In this document: piece after piece, positions 1-8,614 of the stretch
Numbering within the stretch: the first letter of the stretch is position 1
Layout of the letters: every line of letters starts with the position of its first letter
DNA from: Candidatus Caldarchaeales archaeon
GTDB taxonomy: Archaea; Thermoproteota; Nitrososphaeria_A; Caldarchaeales; Calditenuaceae
DNA: 32,000 nucleotides
Assembly (NCBI GenBank): GCA_032249095.1
Contig: JAVVGN010000010.1
Span: forward strand, 1-32,000
Direction: 5' to 3'
Notes under the pieces: generated by a model
What the model saw: the letters and a program-made list of their open reading frames with translations, nothing else
Database searches by the model: none
Told to the model about the DNA's origin: nothing
Program-made: the position numbers and the translations under genes

Positions 1-38
1 CTATCAGGCCGCGAGGACAGGGAGGTGAGCAAAAATGC

Positions 39-213
39 TTATTTGGACACTATCCCGTATAGTGTTATTTGTCCTTTTCCCCTGAATATTGCCTCATTAC
101 CCCATAAGTCCAACTGTATTTGGTATATTTCCGTGTTCTAGTCTTAGTAGATGTTTGAGCTTAGACCGCTCCTTCCATATTACTATCATCTCTTTCTCTG
201 GTATGTCCAGCTC
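39..213 (-). pseudogene. Remnant of a small element-encoded antisense ORF (C-terminus ...SKLKHLLRLEHGNIP / IQLDLWGNEAIFRGKGQITL)
   Basis: Minus-strand translation matches the copy-B minus-strand ORF. Differences in the last ~20 codons are mostly third-position (gat/gac, gga/ggt, aac/aat, ggg/gga, cag/caa). Copy A has a 1-nt insertion (ccaaatacag vs ccaatacag) and lacks ~260 nt present in copy B. Confidence 0.4.
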
Positions 214-616
214 TTAGTGAGTGTAGGGTTGGTGATGGCCTGGCTGTTGGGGCCATTACTATTTATATGTGGGGCCGGTGGGGGGTTCTTATCCGAAACG
301 GGTGATGAGGATGGGGTTGGTGGTGACTGATTCGGGGATCGAGGTTGCAGTGAGGGAGGGTTCTGAACATTACTCCGACACCCGATGGAGTCATGGTTGC
401 TCAGAACGAGTGGGATGGAAGGCTGAAGACATGGATGATCCCCTCCATCGCGACGCTGAGGTGGCTAATATATGAGGCCACTGTTGGAGAGACGCCGCCG
501 AGAATCTACCACCTACCACCACTCAACTCGATAGTCCTAGAGAGGGAGCAGATAGAGAGGTTCCACATAGTAGCGAGGCCATATGAGGTAAAGACACAGA
601 ACGAGGGGGTGCAGGG

Positions 617-1544
617 ATGTTGAAGCTCTACACAGATGTTCATAGGAGTAAGAAGAATGGCGAGGGCTTCAGGATAACATATACTACTGACGGAACGACT
701 TTCAGGCATGTAGACGTCTTCGGCGAGGTTCCGGCTGGGCCCGGAGACAAGCTATTCATGGATACGTTTCCTGTCCAACATACTGACGGCGCTATAGAAC
801 TACTAGGGAGGGGAGTGGGGGTCTATTATCTTAGGAGGCTTATGCTGCTTGAGATGGTGCGCAGGGAGCATAAGTTTCCGAAGAGCGCTAGGGGAGACAT
901 CAAGGCATTGATGAGTGTTGAGGAGAGGTGGTTCAGAAGAGTTACTGAGGATTTCCTAGTCATGCGTAGGATGATTCTGGCCTATAGGTCTCTTATGAAG
1001 ACCCATCAACAATTACTCAACAAATACAGGGCTTTGTCTGAGGCAAGTAATAAAGTCCTTGGAGGTGCAGATGGTGGAGGTGGCTAGGATGATTGTTGGG
1101 GAGGCCGGTAAGAGGTATCCGGCCTATAATTGGCTAGTTGATGGGCTGGGTGTTCATGGGAATATTAAGGCGCTGGAGGCTTTGGCCGAGCTGATACCGT
1201 ATCTTGGCCAGCCGATGGGTCTCAGAAAGATGATTAACCTTCTGGGCCTGTTCAGACCAGTCCGCGGGAGAAAGAAGATCTATAGCGGGCATTTGAGGCG
1301 AGCGTTGCAGAGGCTGACGGCTTCAGAAAACAACACCACATCGTTTCGGCTGACCGCGAAGAAGGAAAAGCAGATGCTCTCGAAGATCTGGAGGATATAT
1401 AGACAGGAGGCCCTGGAGGCTGGCCATGCCGACGCAGGGATAAAACCCCGAGGCCGGCATGACGGGCTATATGACGTGCACCCCGATGTCGGGTGCTACG
1501 ACGACACATATGACGGCCGGCCTCCTATAGGGTTTCCCAAATGA
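617..1544 (+). pseudogene. IS110-family (DEDD/RuvC-like N-domain + Tnp C-domain) recombinase, frameshifted
   Basis: Two overlapping ORFs (617-1087, 1059-1544). N-part motifs are LYTDVH, LFMDT and KSARGDIKAL (compare IS110 GIDxxK, xMExTG, KTDxxDA). C-part is HGNIKALEALAELI...LLGLFRPVRGRKKIYSGHLRRALQRL (compare IS110 IPGIG...aGLxPxxxxSG...RxLRxAL). A ~20-nt deletion relative to copy B (gaggcaagtaataaagtcc vs gaggccgagaaagaggttatgaagccgaccataaagtcc) explains the frame break. A further 2-nt indel near the C-terminus lets this ORF read on past the copy-B stop. Confidence 0.6.
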
Positions 1545-1610
1545 CGCGCGGGTGGCCTAGCCGAACCCCTCCCCCTTCTTTCCCCTTTAATGATGAAACT
1601 ACTTCAGGAA
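1445..1610 (+). ncRNA. Candidate structured RNA / recombination module at the 3' end of IS copy A
   Basis: Outer 9-bp stem gaggccggc (1450-1458) / gccggcctc (1516-1524). Inner hairpin 1476-1483 / 1491-1499 with a bulged T1497. Second stem gggtt (1530-1534) / aaccc (1564-1568). Same architecture in copy B, with a T:A to C:G compensatory change in the inner hairpin. Confidence 0.3.
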
Positions 1611-1858
1611 CTCTCTCAAACTCCTTAACATCGCAACCGCCTTTCTCCATGGTTCGGCATCTATAACAGGACCCTCAGAGACCTATGTCTATTGGCAGGA
1701 TGGACTGCTTCATGTGGATGCCTGCTGTCCCGCCGGACAAACCGCCTCCTAAATGCCCAACCTCCACCGATGCCGCGCTCATCCTCTCAAATAAAGCGAA
1801 GAAGGACATTCATAAATAAGTTGAGGTAGTCGCGCTCCTTCCCGCCTTCTGGCTTGGT

Positions 1859-2056
1859 CTAGGAGAGGAGCTCTGCCTTTACCAGGGCCTCCACGAGCTC
1901 CCTTATGGGCTCGCGAAGCTCCTCAGGGCTTATCTCGGATATCTCGGCAACCTCGGAAATAACCTCATCAACCGTCTTATTCTCAAACCTATCCCAAACC
2001 GCTACTATAGACTCGTTGACAAGATACGCAACACCCTTCTCATTCACAAGAAGCAA
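1859..2056 (-). CDS. PqqD-family (RiPP-recognition-element-like) small protein
   Basis: 65 aa, LLVNEKGVAYLVNESIVAVWDRFENKTVDEVISEVAEISEISPEELREPIRELVEALVKAELL. This follows the PqqD pattern (ligand-free beta strands, then 'tv.ei...l......e.....v..fl..L...gli'). TTG start, and the N-terminus may be incomplete because an in-frame TAA lies 8 codons upstream. Confidence 0.5.
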   Translation of the reverse strand: MLLVNEKGVAYLVNESIVAVWDRFENKTVDEVISEVAEISEISPEELREPIRELVEALVKAELLS

Positions 2057-2165
2057 CTCGCCCTCTCGGTCTGCGTCTTATAGCCCTGGGGCCCTCACCA
2101 ATTGCGGAGGAGACCACGATACTACTCCAGTATTTCAGTTAGAGATTTATCCACAGCCTGAGGCT

Positions 2166-2178
2166 AAATATTTATATG
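2166..2178 (+). promoter_or_regulatory. TATA box (aaatatttatatg) for the leaderless 2204 gene
   Basis: AT-rich TTTATAT centred about 30 nt upstream of the ATG at 2204, with no Shine-Dalgarno in between. Confidence 0.4.
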
Positions 2179-2203
2179 CTAATCTCGGATTGATTGGCTG
2201 CAG

Positions 2204-3055
2204 ATGGCGTTACTAAGCAGGGTCGTTTGCCCGCACTGCCACAGGCTAACCCTCAGAGGGAAGTTCTGTATAAACTGTGGGAAAGAGCTGCCCGCAGAGC
2301 TCGCAGCCGAGCCTCTAGCCGCCACCCAGGCCACTCCACAGCCCCCAACCGAGGCGGCACCACAGCCAGCCCAACAGCCCCCTACAACCCCGCAGCCCCC
2401 CACACCTGAGCCCATCACGGCCGAGGAGGTGGCTGAGGAGAGGAAGCTTGTCGAGCAGCTGTCCAAGCTACACTCCTGGTCCCTCAAGCTGGTTGACCTT
2501 TTCCTAGACGGCGAGGTCCCACTTAACGTCTTCACCGAGCTTTACGAGGAGTACAGATCCCGGATAAACACTCTCGACCAGAAGAGGCTTGAGATGGTTA
2601 ACCGGACCTCCGAGAGGATACAGGAACTTACTCAGAGGAGTGAGTCGCTTAAGATTAGGCACGAGGTTAACGAGATAAGCGACAGAGACTACATCAGGCA
2701 GAAGATTGAGATTGACAAGGAGCTGTCAAGGCTTAGGCCAAAACTCTCAATTCTTGAGAACCCGCTCGAGATCAGGCTTGCCGACATCCCATCCTTCACC
2801 GAAGGCCTCTCAAAACGTATCAACACCCTTAAGGAGAAAGGCGAGTCTGCTGGACTAAGCCCCCAGCAGGTCAACAACATAATAGCAGATATGCAGTCAC
2901 TGTTAGACGCGTGTCAGGGCCTCGTGCAGCAACACTCGAAGATACAACACGAAATCAAAAAGCTGGAAACTCGATACAAGATCGGCGAGCTCAAGCAGGA
3001 CGAGTACCTTGCTCAGAGGCAGAGGCTTGAGAGACAGCTGGAGCTAACCTTCTAA
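2204..3055 (+). CDS. Zinc-ribbon / Pro-Gln-rich linker / coiled-coil protein, possibly an arcadin-type crenactin partner
   Basis: N-terminal CPHC...CINC zinc ribbon, a low-complexity PQPPT linker, then ~200 aa of heptad-like charged sequence. It lies directly upstream of crenactin on the same strand. Confidence 0.6.
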   Translation: MALLSRVVCPHCHRLTLRGKFCINCGKELPAELAAEPLAATQATPQPPTEAAPQPAQQPPTTPQPPTPEPITAEEVAEERKLVEQLSKLHSWSLKLVDLFLDGEVPLNVFTELYEEYRSRINTLDQKRLEMVNRTSERIQELTQRSESLKIRHEVNEISDRDYIRQKIEIDKELSRLRPKLSILENPLEIRLADIPSFTEGLSKRINTLKEKGESAGLSPQQVNNIIADMQSLLDACQGLVQQHSKIQHEIKKLETRYKIGELKQDEYLAQRQRLERQLELTF

Positions 3056-3130
3056 ACCTAGGATAAAAGCAGGGATTAGCCCCGGTCCCGAGTTAAGATT
3101 TTAACCACCTGTCCCCCCTGTGTCCATGGA

Positions 3131-4396
3131 TTGTTTGAGGAGGATTATAGGCGCAGATACACCTTTGGCTGCGATTTCGGAACAAGCGACTACAAGTATG
3201 GGCCGATCACGATTGGGGAGAGGCCTAAGGTCGTGGAGAATCGTGGCTATTTCCCTGAGAAGGGTGTTTTGGCTGAGATACTGGGCGGCAGCAGGGATGT
3301 CGTTGTGGGGAGCGAGGTCACACTGTTTCTTGGGAGCGGGCAGGACCTCTCGGCGCGGCTCGTCTATCCAATGAGGGATGGGGTGATCAGTAGGGGCGAC
3401 GAGCGTAGCTGGATAGTTGTAAGAGAACTCTTGAGGAAATCTTTATCCGAGTTTAGGCCCACCGGTATCGGGTTTAAGGGGTTCTACGTTGTGGCATCCA
3501 TCTCCTCAATCGCCCCCCTCTACATGTATGAGAAGATCTATGACATTATGGGCGAGCTCGCGGAGGAGGGACTAGTGCATTCTTCGACCATAATTCCGCA
3601 GCCGCTTGCCGTAGCCATCGCCCATAAGCGTACAGCCTGTGTCGTGGTGGAGAGCGGGCATGGGAACACGCAGGTCGCCCCTATCAGCAAGGCGCCGATT
3701 AGGAGCGCAGTTGTGGCCTTAAACCGTGGAGGCGCTGAGGCTAACTCGATAACCGCCGAGGTTTTGAAGGACGCCGGGTATGGCGATATAGCGAAGGAAG
3801 AGAAAGTTGTGAGGCTGGTTAAGGAGAAGATCGGTCTAGTTCCGAGGGATCTGGATGCAGCGATCAGCTTTGCGCGGAGCAACGTAAAAGCCGTGAGCGC
3901 GGTCTTTACCATACCTGGGACGAGAATCAAGCTTGATCTCGGAGACTATTCCTGGACTCGGTTCCTGATAGGAGAATACGTGTTCAACCCCAATCACGAG
4001 ATCTTCCAGAGCTACTTCAGGAGAGGAATGCCTAAGCCCGAGGACGCAAGAATAGGAGACGTCGTTTTCTACGGCATGCTGGACATGGCCGAGGTTATCG
4101 TTAGGTCGGTTGAGAAGTGCCCCCTCGAGCTTCAGCCCCACCTTTATAGCCAGATAATACTCTCCGGAGGGAACTTTTGCTGGACGCCGCCGCCAGAGCT
4201 GTCAAACGTGGCGTGCGACGCGCAGACCAAGGTCGCGCTAATGCTTAGGGAGAAGGGTGTGGAGAGCTTTAACGTGACGGTCAGCCCGGAGCCGCAATAC
4301 GCGGTCTGGAGGGGCTGCATTGTCTATGGCTACGCCCTCCCCACCAGCTTCGAGTGGAGCTGGGAGAGGCTTGAGGGCTGGTTCCACCACAGATAG
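3131..4396 (+). CDS. Crenactin (archaeal actin homologue)
   Basis: YTFGCDFGTS (phosphate-1), IIPQPLAVAIA, VVESGHGNTQVAPI, ALNRGGAEAN, WTRFLIGEYVFNPNHE, QIILSGG, SPEPQYAVWRGCIVYGYALP. Co-linear with Pyrobaculum crenactin as I remember it. TTG start with gattttaa about 30 nt upstream. Confidence 0.9.
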   Translation: MFEEDYRRRYTFGCDFGTSDYKYGPITIGERPKVVENRGYFPEKGVLAEILGGSRDVVVGSEVTLFLGSGQDLSARLVYPMRDGVISRGDERSWIVVRELLRKSLSEFRPTGIGFKGFYVVASISSIAPLYMYEKIYDIMGELAEEGLVHSSTIIPQPLAVAIAHKRTACVVVESGHGNTQVAPISKAPIRSAVVALNRGGAEANSITAEVLKDAGYGDIAKEEKVVRLVKEKIGLVPRDLDAAISFARSNVKAVSAVFTIPGTRIKLDLGDYSWTRFLIGEYVFNPNHEIFQSYFRRGMPKPEDARIGDVVFYGMLDMAEVIVRSVEKCPLELQPHLYSQIILSGGNFCWTPPPELSNVACDAQTKVALMLREKGVESFNVTVSPEPQYAVWRGCIVYGYALPTSFEWSWERLEGWFHHR

Positions 4397-4402
4397 GAGC
4401 CC

Positions 4403-5161
4403 CTATTCCACCGAGTAAACGACCTTAAACCCATTCTCAACGCCCTCTATCCTGACCACTCTTATCTTCCCAACCTCACCGGTATTTGATACGTGCGTTC
4501 CGCCGCAGGGAATGGCGTTTATGCCTTCAATCACGATCACCCTGTAGTAATCGATGTCTGGGAGACGGGTTATGTTGGGGGCGCCCTTGATGAAGCCCTT
4601 CAGCTCTTCCCGGGGGACAACGACCGGGTAGACGCGCCTAGAACTTTGGGATACTCCGTTAGCCACTCTCTCGACTAAGGATGGGTCGAGTCCTCCTGAG
4701 TCTCCGATGTATTCGAGATAGCCCTCGGGGGGGCCGTGATAGGCCTTCGAGGAGAGGAGGCCCTGCCCCAGCAGCTGGAGAACCGCGTAGTCTATTATGT
4801 GGCCGGCCGTATGAAGCCTCATGACTAGGTACCGCTGCTCCCAATCAAGCGTCATCCCAACAGTTCTTCCCTCAGCCGCGGAACCCTCGAGGAGCTCGGC
4901 GAAATGTATTACTACCCCACCCTGCTCGAGAACTTTCTTGACCCGCGCCTTGAAGCCGTCGCCCTCTATGTAGCCGGTGTCTGACGGCTGCGCGCCTCCC
5001 TTCGGATGCATTATGGTCTCGGCCGTAATGAGGTAGCCGGACCTCTTTGTCTCTGGGACGAATCTTAGCAGCGTTGTGAGGAGGGTTTTCTTGTAGGAGT
5101 CTGTGAGGTAGGTTTTAGTGGTGGGCTGCAGCCCTGCTGCTACTTCGCTTAGGCTTACCAT
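4403..5161 (-). CDS. alaX: AlaX-type alanyl-tRNA editing protein
   Basis: HxxxH (HTAGHIIDY) and CGGTH zinc motifs of the Ala/Thr-tRNA synthetase second additional domain. About 250 aa, the AlaX-M size. Confidence 0.85.
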   Translation of the reverse strand: MVSLSEVAAGLQPTTKTYLTDSYKKTLLTTLLRFVPETKRSGYLITAETIMHPKGGAQPSDTGYIEGDGFKARVKKVLEQGGVVIHFAELLEGSAAEGRTVGMTLDWEQRYLVMRLHTAGHIIDYAVLQLLGQGLLSSKAYHGPPEGYLEYIGDSGGLDPSLVERVANGVSQSSRRVYPVVVPREELKGFIKGAPNITRLPDIDYYRVIVIEGINAIPCGGTHVSNTGEVGKIRVVRIEGVENGFKVVYSVE

Positions 5162-5213
5162 TCAGCAATCCATCTCGCCGTGCGCGTATTTATGTTCTCT
5201 GGGCTGAGCGGCT

Positions 5214-6338
5214 CTATGTGCCCATGACCCCGTATCGTAGGTGGGAGCTGATGGTTTGAGCCTCTGACAAAACTCTGTGGGCGGGAATAACTAGTCCTCC
5301 GGCAGCCTTCCGCAGCCTGTTCATGATCGCGAGACCAATCCCCTCCTCAGGCCAGCCCTCGGCAACTATGATGTCAACTCCCTCATCATCTAGCTCCCTG
5401 AGGTACCTAAAGAGCCACTGAGCCGCGCCAGACGGTGATGAGCGAGGCCCCAAATCTCTGACGGCGTCTGCCTCGTACCTATGACCGTCAGTCCCGAGGA
5501 CCCCTACTCTAAAGCGGCTACGGAGATGGGAGACGAGGAGCTGTACGGCCTGCTTGATCTCTCCCGCCTCTCCCACGACAACCACAACCCTAGCTCTAGG
5601 CGCGTAGTGCCTATACTTCATTCCCGGAGACCTAGCAACCAAATCGCCGATGGACGCGCCTGTCACTAGCGGGTGAAGATCAACCTCCCCGACAACAGCC
5701 CTCAACTCCTCAACGGTCACACCGCCTGGCCGAAGTACTTGTGGCGGCTCAGAGGTGAGGTCGATGACTGTGGACTCGACGCCTATGTCCGTTGGCCCGG
5801 CGTCCAAGATCGCGTCGACCCTGTCCGCCAGGTCTCTTATGACGTGGTCGGCTGTGGTAGGGCTTGGCCTTCCCGAGAGGTTTGCGCTTGGAGCAGCTAT
5901 CGGGACACCCGAGAGCCTGATAAGCCCCAGTGCGACAGGGTGTCTAGGCATACGGATAGCCACGGTGTCGAGGCCTGCAACAGTTATGGCCGGGAGCTTG
6001 TTGGAGCGAGGCACAACGAGTGTGAGGGGGCCCGGCCAGAATTTCTTGGCGAGGGCCTCCGCCCTCCAGTCGAGCACCCTCCCGAGGCTGAACAAGTCCT
6101 CATGGACCGCGATATGCACGATTAGCGGGTTGTCCGGCGGCCTGCCCTTAACCCTAAAGATCCTCTCGACGGCGTAGGGGTTCAGAGCGTCAGCTCCCAA
6201 GCCGTAGACGGTCTCTGTCGGGAAAACTACTAGGCCGCCTGCCCTTATAATAGACGCGGCCTCGGCTAGGAACACACTCTCGGGGTTATCCCTGTCGACC
6301 CGGTAGATCGTCGTTTTCGCCGGACTGCGGCCACCCAC
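5214..6338 (-). CDS. sua5: Sua5/YrdC-family L-threonylcarbamoyladenylate synthase (t6A)
   Basis: VVFPTETVYGLGADA, RVKGRPPDNPLIVHI, PSANLSGRPSPT, plus a Sua5 C-terminal domain. The start is uncertain: GTG at 6338, or GTG at 6380 as in the ORF track. Either one overlaps the upstream gene. Confidence 0.85.
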   Translation of the reverse strand: MGGRSPAKTTIYRVDRDNPESVFLAEAASIIRAGGLVVFPTETVYGLGADALNPYAVERIFRVKGRPPDNPLIVHIAVHEDLFSLGRVLDWRAEALAKKFWPGPLTLVVPRSNKLPAITVAGLDTVAIRMPRHPVALGLIRLSGVPIAAPSANLSGRPSPTTADHVIRDLADRVDAILDAGPTDIGVESTVIDLTSEPPQVLRPGGVTVEELRAVVGEVDLHPLVTGASIGDLVARSPGMKYRHYAPRARVVVVVGEAGEIKQAVQLLVSHLRSRFRVGVLGTDGHRYEADAVRDLGPRSSPSGAAQWLFRYLRELDDEGVDIIVAEGWPEEGIGLAIMNRLRKAAGGLVIPAHRVLSEAQTISSHLRYGVMGT

Positions 6339-6924
6339 GATAGATTCTTTTCTCGGGGAGCGTGATATATCTTGGCTCACCCAGCCCGAGTATTTCGGAG
6401 ACTATATTTCTCAGCTGGCTAACGTGTATGCCCTGGTACTCTTCTAGGCCCGAGGCGGTGAGGTGCTTCAGAGAGGCCCTTAGGAGGCCCATATATCTGT
6501 CCGGCCTCCCCTTCTGAAGGTGGACATACGCCGCCGAGAGCTTGATGAGGCCGGAGAGCACCTCCTTCTCGGGACCCACCTGCGTCCTCCAGAGACCCTC
6601 AAGCACCTCGTGGGCCTCCCAAAACCTCTCGTCATTGAAGAGCCTGATGGCTCTCGAGAGTGCCTCAGCCTCGTCTAGCTCGATAGGCGGCCCAAGAACA
6701 CTCAGATACTCGAGCTCCGCCCAACTCCTGAGCGCCTCGGAGACTACTCTTGGGTCGAGGTCTGATTTGAGATCCACCTCAAGCCTCCTCCTGCCAATTC
6801 TGACATCGATGACTTGGACGCCGAGAGGCGTGAGCAATTCCCTAGCCCTATTTAGCGCCTCCCGATGAGCTGCTATACTCGAGATACTGCTGCCAACTTT
6901 GAGTGCAGCGATGGCTCTGTACAC
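6286..6924 (-). CDS. DUF309-domain protein with an unassigned ~85-aa N-terminal domain
   Basis: RLFNDERFWEAHEVLEGLWR... is the DUF309 signature. GTG start with gagatataacc about 25 nt upstream. Confidence 0.6.
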   Translation of the reverse strand: MYRAIAALKVGSSISSIAAHREALNRARELLTPLGVQVIDVRIGRRRLEVDLKSDLDPRVVSEALRSWAELEYLSVLGPPIELDEAEALSRAIRLFNDERFWEAHEVLEGLWRTQVGPEKEVLSGLIKLSAAYVHLQKGRPDRYMGLLRASLKHLTASGLEEYQGIHVSQLRNIVSEILGLGEPRYITLPEKRIYRGWPQSGENDDLPGRQG

Positions 6925-7006
6925 GGGTGAGGCAGCTGGGGGACGGTTATATCTCTTCTCGCTTAGATAACCTCTTTAAGTCGGCGAGACCACCAGTCGG
7001 AGAGAA

Positions 7007-8614
7007 ATGGCTAGACGAGGCTTGACGGTGATTTTGCTTATCCTGCTGGCGTCCATGCTGTCGTTAAGCATTGCTGGCGCGCAGCCACAGGGCGCGAAGG
7101 TCTCACGTATTATTAGCCTATCCGATGGCGGGGTCGTCTATGTCTGGGATAAGATAAGTGGTCTTGGGCCTGGCTCTGAGATAGGGCTCGGGATCCCAAC
7201 CAGGGTCCATGGATATTTGGCGGGCCTCTGGGCTGAAGGAGGGGACGTTGAAGGGCCCGTCCAGGATGGGGGGGGAGACACGGTCTTTTACCGCATCCGA
7301 TCCGACTCAGACACGCTGGTGGTGCGTCACGTCTACGCTGGGCTCCTTTCCGCCGCATCATCCGGAACCTACTCACTCACCTCTCCTTCGACTCCGCTGC
7401 TTGAAGGAGTTGAATACACCGCAGACACTCAGATAATACTTCCAGACGACGCCACAGTCAACCAGGCTCCGCAGGGATACACAATCAATGGCACTAGACT
7501 TATCCGAGCAGGCTATAGTTCGGAGCAGGATCCGCAACGCACAGTTTCACTCACGTTTAGCTCTAACAGTATCGCGCTCGTCGTGGCGGAGAAGGTCGAG
7601 CTGCTCTACGACGCCGAGGCGAGACTGGTTACGATTTGGCTCAGGATAAGGAGCATAGACGCTAGGAACATAATCGAGGCGCCGCTGAGCCTTCCTAGGG
7701 GAGTAAGGCCATTAGAGGCGGGAGACCGTGTAGGAACATTAGGTCTCAGGGTCTCGGGCCAGAGAGCCACCGTCAGCTTCTACCCTGAGAGATACGAACT
7801 CCTAAAGGACTGGAGATACGAGTTCTACCTAAAGGCCGCAATCGACGGCGAGCAAGACAACTTAAGGATTGTTGGAGACAAAGTCTACGTCAAAGTTTTC
7901 CTGCCTCTTAACGCGACTGCAGAAAACCCGTTAGTGAGAGTTACATTACCTAGGGGCATGGATGTTACGCATCCCGAGGCCTTCCGCGAGATCTATAGAG
8001 ATGATGCGGGCCGACTCGTTGTTACGCTACCCCCTCAAGCGTCAAGTCCCTATAGAGTGGCCGTCGCAGAGATAGCTGTGAGGCCTGTAGCCCCTTCTGC
8101 GCCACTTCCACAGATACTCTTGACGGTGCTTTTGGTCGCGGCAGTCGTGGGGGCTGTTACTTACGCAGGCTCGAGGCCTGCGAAGGCCGTCACGTCTAAG
8201 GCTGAGCTAAGCGATGCCAGCCTGAGGAAGTATATGAAGGACTTGGCGGAGCTCAGGGGTCTGCTGGAGGAGCTTGACGAAATCTTAGGCTTAAGCCGCG
8301 GAGACATTAAAAAGATAAACATACAGGCGAGCGTCGCGAGGGTAAGGTCAAAGTTCGATGACGTTCGCGAGGCGCCTGCAATCCTAGGCATGTCGGAGAG
8401 GGATGCTAAGCTAGTCCGCGAGTTGCTGTCTAGCGTCGAGCGGTGCGGCGAGACTCTAAAGCTGATGCAGAGGAACTTCTTGGAGCTGCAGAGGGGTGAG
8501 CTGAGTAGGGCGAGCTACCTCAAGATGTATAGGGCGTTGCGCGAAGACTTGAGGGGGGTAGTTGCGAGGATAGGTGAGACGGAGGAGTCGCTGAGAAGGC
8601 TAGTCCAGAGATGA
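7007..8614 (+). CDS. Type-I membrane protein: signal peptide, ~360-aa ectodomain, one TM helix, ~140-aa cytoplasmic coiled coil
   Basis: MARRGLTVILLILLASMLSLSIAGAQP signal. TM helix LPQILLTVLLVAAVVGAVTYAG. The C-terminal charged, heptad-like tail has no family motif I recognise. Confidence 0.6.
   Translation: MARRGLTVILLILLASMLSLSIAGAQPQGAKVSRIISLSDGGVVYVWDKISGLGPGSEIGLGIPTRVHGYLAGLWAEGGDVEGPVQDGGGDTVFYRIRSDSDTLVVRHVYAGLLSAASSGTYSLTSPSTPLLEGVEYTADTQIILPDDATVNQAPQGYTINGTRLIRAGYSSEQDPQRTVSLTFSSNSIALVVAEKVELLYDAEARLVTIWLRIRSIDARNIIEAPLSLPRGVRPLEAGDRVGTLGLRVSGQRATVSFYPERYELLKDWRYEFYLKAAIDGEQDNLRIVGDKVYVKVFLPLNATAENPLVRVTLPRGMDVTHPEAFREIYRDDAGRLVVTLPPQASSPYRVAVAEIAVRPVAPSAPLPQILLTVLLVAAVVGAVTYAGSRPAKAVTSKAELSDASLRKYMKDLAELRGLLEELDEILGLSRGDIKKINIQASVARVRSKFDDVREAPAILGMSERDAKLVRELLSSVERCGETLKLMQRNFLELQRGELSRASYLKMYRALREDLRGVVARIGETEESLRRLVQR

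Larger units (their letters stand above)
44..1642 (+). mobile_element. IS110-like insertion sequence, copy A (decayed; internal deletions relative to copy B)
   Basis: Aligns by eye with 26524-28159 in three places. These are the left arm (50-160 vs 26527-26640), the promoter-like block (205-330 vs 26915-27040), and the recombinase ORF plus 3' module up to ...ccgcct (1642 vs 28159). Flanks outside these limits are unrelated. I saw no clear terminal inverted repeats, which fits IS110-type elements. Confidence 0.6.

Noticed and set aside
269-623. Track ORFs 269-475 and 393-623 in the leader of IS copy A
   Set aside because: Most of this stretch is absent from copy B. Where the two align, the frames do not correspond, and the composition looks like non-coding leader.
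1252-1509. Minus-strand ORFs 1252-1509 and 27888-28247 that look 'conserved' between copies
   Set aside because: These are Arg-rich antisense shadows of the recombinase C-terminus and 3' module. Their similarity simply reflects nucleotide conservation, and the substitutions are not codon-patterned on this strand.
1587-1610. C-box-like aatgatga in the IS 3' module (possible C/D-box sRNA)
   Set aside because: Copy B reads aatgaaac (one tga unit missing), and no CUGA D box lies at a suitable distance in either copy.
2179-2535. ORFs 2179-2535(-) and 2194-2409(+) overlapping the zinc-ribbon gene
   Set aside because: These are low-complexity shadows of the Pro/Gln-rich linker (Gly/Cys/Ala-rich or Pro/Arg-rich translations), with no independent signals.
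3538-4141. Antisense ORFs inside crenactin (3538-3930, 3836-4141), and similar antisense or out-of-frame ORFs inside sua5, ahcY, herA, glpA and others
   Set aside because: They are typical long open antisense frames of GC-rich coding DNA. Each lies wholly within a gene that has strong family motifs.
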